A stretch of 64,000 nucleotides of DNA from an uncultured Verrucomicrobiae bacterium (GTDB taxonomy: Bacteria; Verrucomicrobiota; Verrucomicrobiia; Chthoniobacterales; JAFAMB01). The stretch's first letter is position 1; each line of letters opens with the position of its first letter. Below the pieces are notes generated by a model, which saw only the letters and a list, made by a program, of their open reading frames with translations, was not told the DNA's origin and searched no databases. The stretch lies in assembly GCA_963762565.1 (NCBI GenBank), contig CAVXLD010000003.1:768001-832000 (forward strand), given 5' to 3'. The position numbers were made by a program, and so were the translations under genes. Shown in pieces: positions 62,599 to 64,000 of this stretch.

Positions 62599-63708
62599 CT
62601 ACAACCGATGATCCCCGAACGGCCCGGAATACGCCGCTGCAGTTTGCTTCGGCAAATGGTCCACCGGCAGCAAAGGAAACAGCAATTCCGCGACCCGATA
62701 GGCCTCTTCCAAATTGGGGTATCCCGAAAGAATAAAACACTCGATTCCGAGCGCGGCGTATTCTTTCATTCGAGTTGCCACGGTCTCCGGATTTCCGACT
62801 AGCGCGGTGCCGGCGCCGCCACGGACTAAGCCGACTCCCGCCCAAAGATTCGGACTAATTTCCAGGCGGTCGCGTCTCCCACCGTGCAGTTGGCTCATTC
62901 GTTTCTGCCCTTCGGAGTCGAATCGCGCAAAAGTCTTTTGGGCAGCAGCGATACTTTCGTCGGAAACGTAACGCAAAAGATCATCCGCCGCTTGCCAGGC
63001 TTCTTTGTCGGTCTCACGGACGATGACGTGCACCCGCAAACCAAACCGCAAAAATCTCCCGAAGGAGGCGGCTAACTCCTGTACTTCAGCGATCTTAGCC
63101 GCAACCGCATCAGGTGGTTCTCCCCAGGTGAGTGAGACATCCACATGCTCGGCTGCGATCCGATGGCCCGCCGGAGAAGCACCGCCAAACCAGAGTTCTG
63201 GATATGGCTTTTGCACGCCGGGTCGAAAAAGTTTTGCATCCTGCACCTGCAAATAAGCGCCATTGAAATCGACCGACTCACCCGCAAGTACCCGACGAAA
63301 GATTTTGAGAAACTCACCCGTCAGCGCGTATCGCTCATCATGTTTCAAATGTAATCCGTCTCCGGCAAGTTCCACCGGGTCGCCGCCAGTAACAACGTTG
63401 AGCAGCAATCTGCCGCCGGAGTACTGGTCGAATGTCGCCACCATTCGCGCGGCCATCGTCGGCGTCATTAATCCAGGCCGGACCGCGATCAAAAAACGCA
63501 TCTGTTGGGTGCACGAGATGAGCGCAGACGCCGCGATCCAAGAGTCATCGCAGGTTCGGCCGGTGGGCAATAAAGCACCGTAAAAACCCAGGCTATCGAC
63601 CGCCTCAGCAATCTGGCGCAGATAGGCAAAGTTGGTATCTCGCGCTCCAAGAGCCGACCCGAGGTGCCGGCCATCGCCGAAAGTTGGGAGAAACCAGAGT
63701 AATTTCAT
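62599..63708 (-). CDS. ssuD: FMNH2-dependent alkanesulfonate monooxygenase
   Basis: [52 protein letters not shown]. Confidence 0.95.
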   Translation of the reverse strand: MKLLWFLPTFGDGRHLGSALGARDTNFAYLRQIAEAVDSLGFYGALLPTGRTCDDSWIAASALISCTQQMRFLIAVRPGLMTPTMAARMVATFDQYSGGRLLLNVVTGGDPVELAGDGLHLKHDERYALTGEFLKIFRRVLAGESVDFNGAYLQVQDAKLFRPGVQKPYPELWFGGASPAGHRIAAEHVDVSLTWGEPPDAVAAKIAEVQELAASFGRFLRFGLRVHVIVRETDKEAWQAADDLLRYVSDESIAAAQKTFARFDSEGQKRMSQLHGGRRDRLEISPNLWAGVGLVRGGAGTALVGNPETVATRMKEYAALGIECFILSGYPNLEEAYRVAELLFPLLPVDHLPKQTAAAYSGPFGDHRL

Positions 63709-63735
63709 CTAACGTTTCGTTCTTGTGGGCTAGGG

Positions 63736-64000
63736 CTAGTCTGGAATCCGCACCACAGCGTCTGCGACCTGGATCGTTTTCGGAATCAGTTTTAACCCAA
63801 AAAAGGTATCGCCGATCGTCTGTTGATCAGAAACGACCTGATCGCTGATGGATTGAAATCCCCACGGCGTGGCGCGGACCACTTTGTTGATCACTGCTTC
63901 GCTCATCCCGAGCTGCGGAGCCAAGTAGTGAACTACCTCCTCAGGCTTCGTCGTTACCCAGGTTCCAGACCGGTTAACGGCATCCCGGACAGCTAACAAG
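63736..64000 (-). CDS. ssuA: Aliphatic sulfonate ABC substrate-binding protein, C-terminal part
   Basis: DQQTIGDTFFGLKLIPKTIQVADAV, directly upstream of ssuD. Confidence 0.8.
   Translation of the reverse strand, partial: LLAVRDAVNRSGTWVTTKPEEVVHYLAPQLGMSEAVINKVVRATPWGFQSISDQVVSDQQTIGDTFFGLKLIPKTIQVADAVVRIPD

Overview
A 64-kb bacterial chromosomal segment, most likely Verrucomicrobiota (Spartobacteria/Chthoniobacterales-like). This is inferred from the TIGR03118-like and GloVer-repeat proteins, the kinase-TolB-TPR protein and the STAND NTPase; no database search was possible. Many genes in the first ~10 kb, and those at 16.3-16.7 kb and ~40.4 kb, are split by small frameshifts that look like long-read indel errors. 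Ordinary content: a narK / FeS-DmsC / nitrate reductase operon, tRNA-Phe, S53 peptidase, three GT-C glycosyltransferases plus a GT2, several MFS transporters, redox enzymes, an amidase and ssuA/ssuD. Most notable: (1) a locus at 2.5-4.9 kb with an internally repeated 217-aa unknown protein, a degenerate ATP-grasp and an intact graspetide-synthetase-like ATP-grasp, a candidate new peptide/protein modification (RiPP-like) system; (2) a 1689-aa DUF4062-like + STAND NTPase + TM + ~770-aa tandem-repeat coiled coil + NTF2-like protein; (3) a PspA (ESCRT-III superfamily) gene next to a classical-clade AAA ATPase; (4) dense nested REP/MITE-like palindromic repeats in nearly every intergenic gap, some inserted in frame into genes (nitrate reductase, GT87). 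No CRISPR array, integrase or transposase was found.
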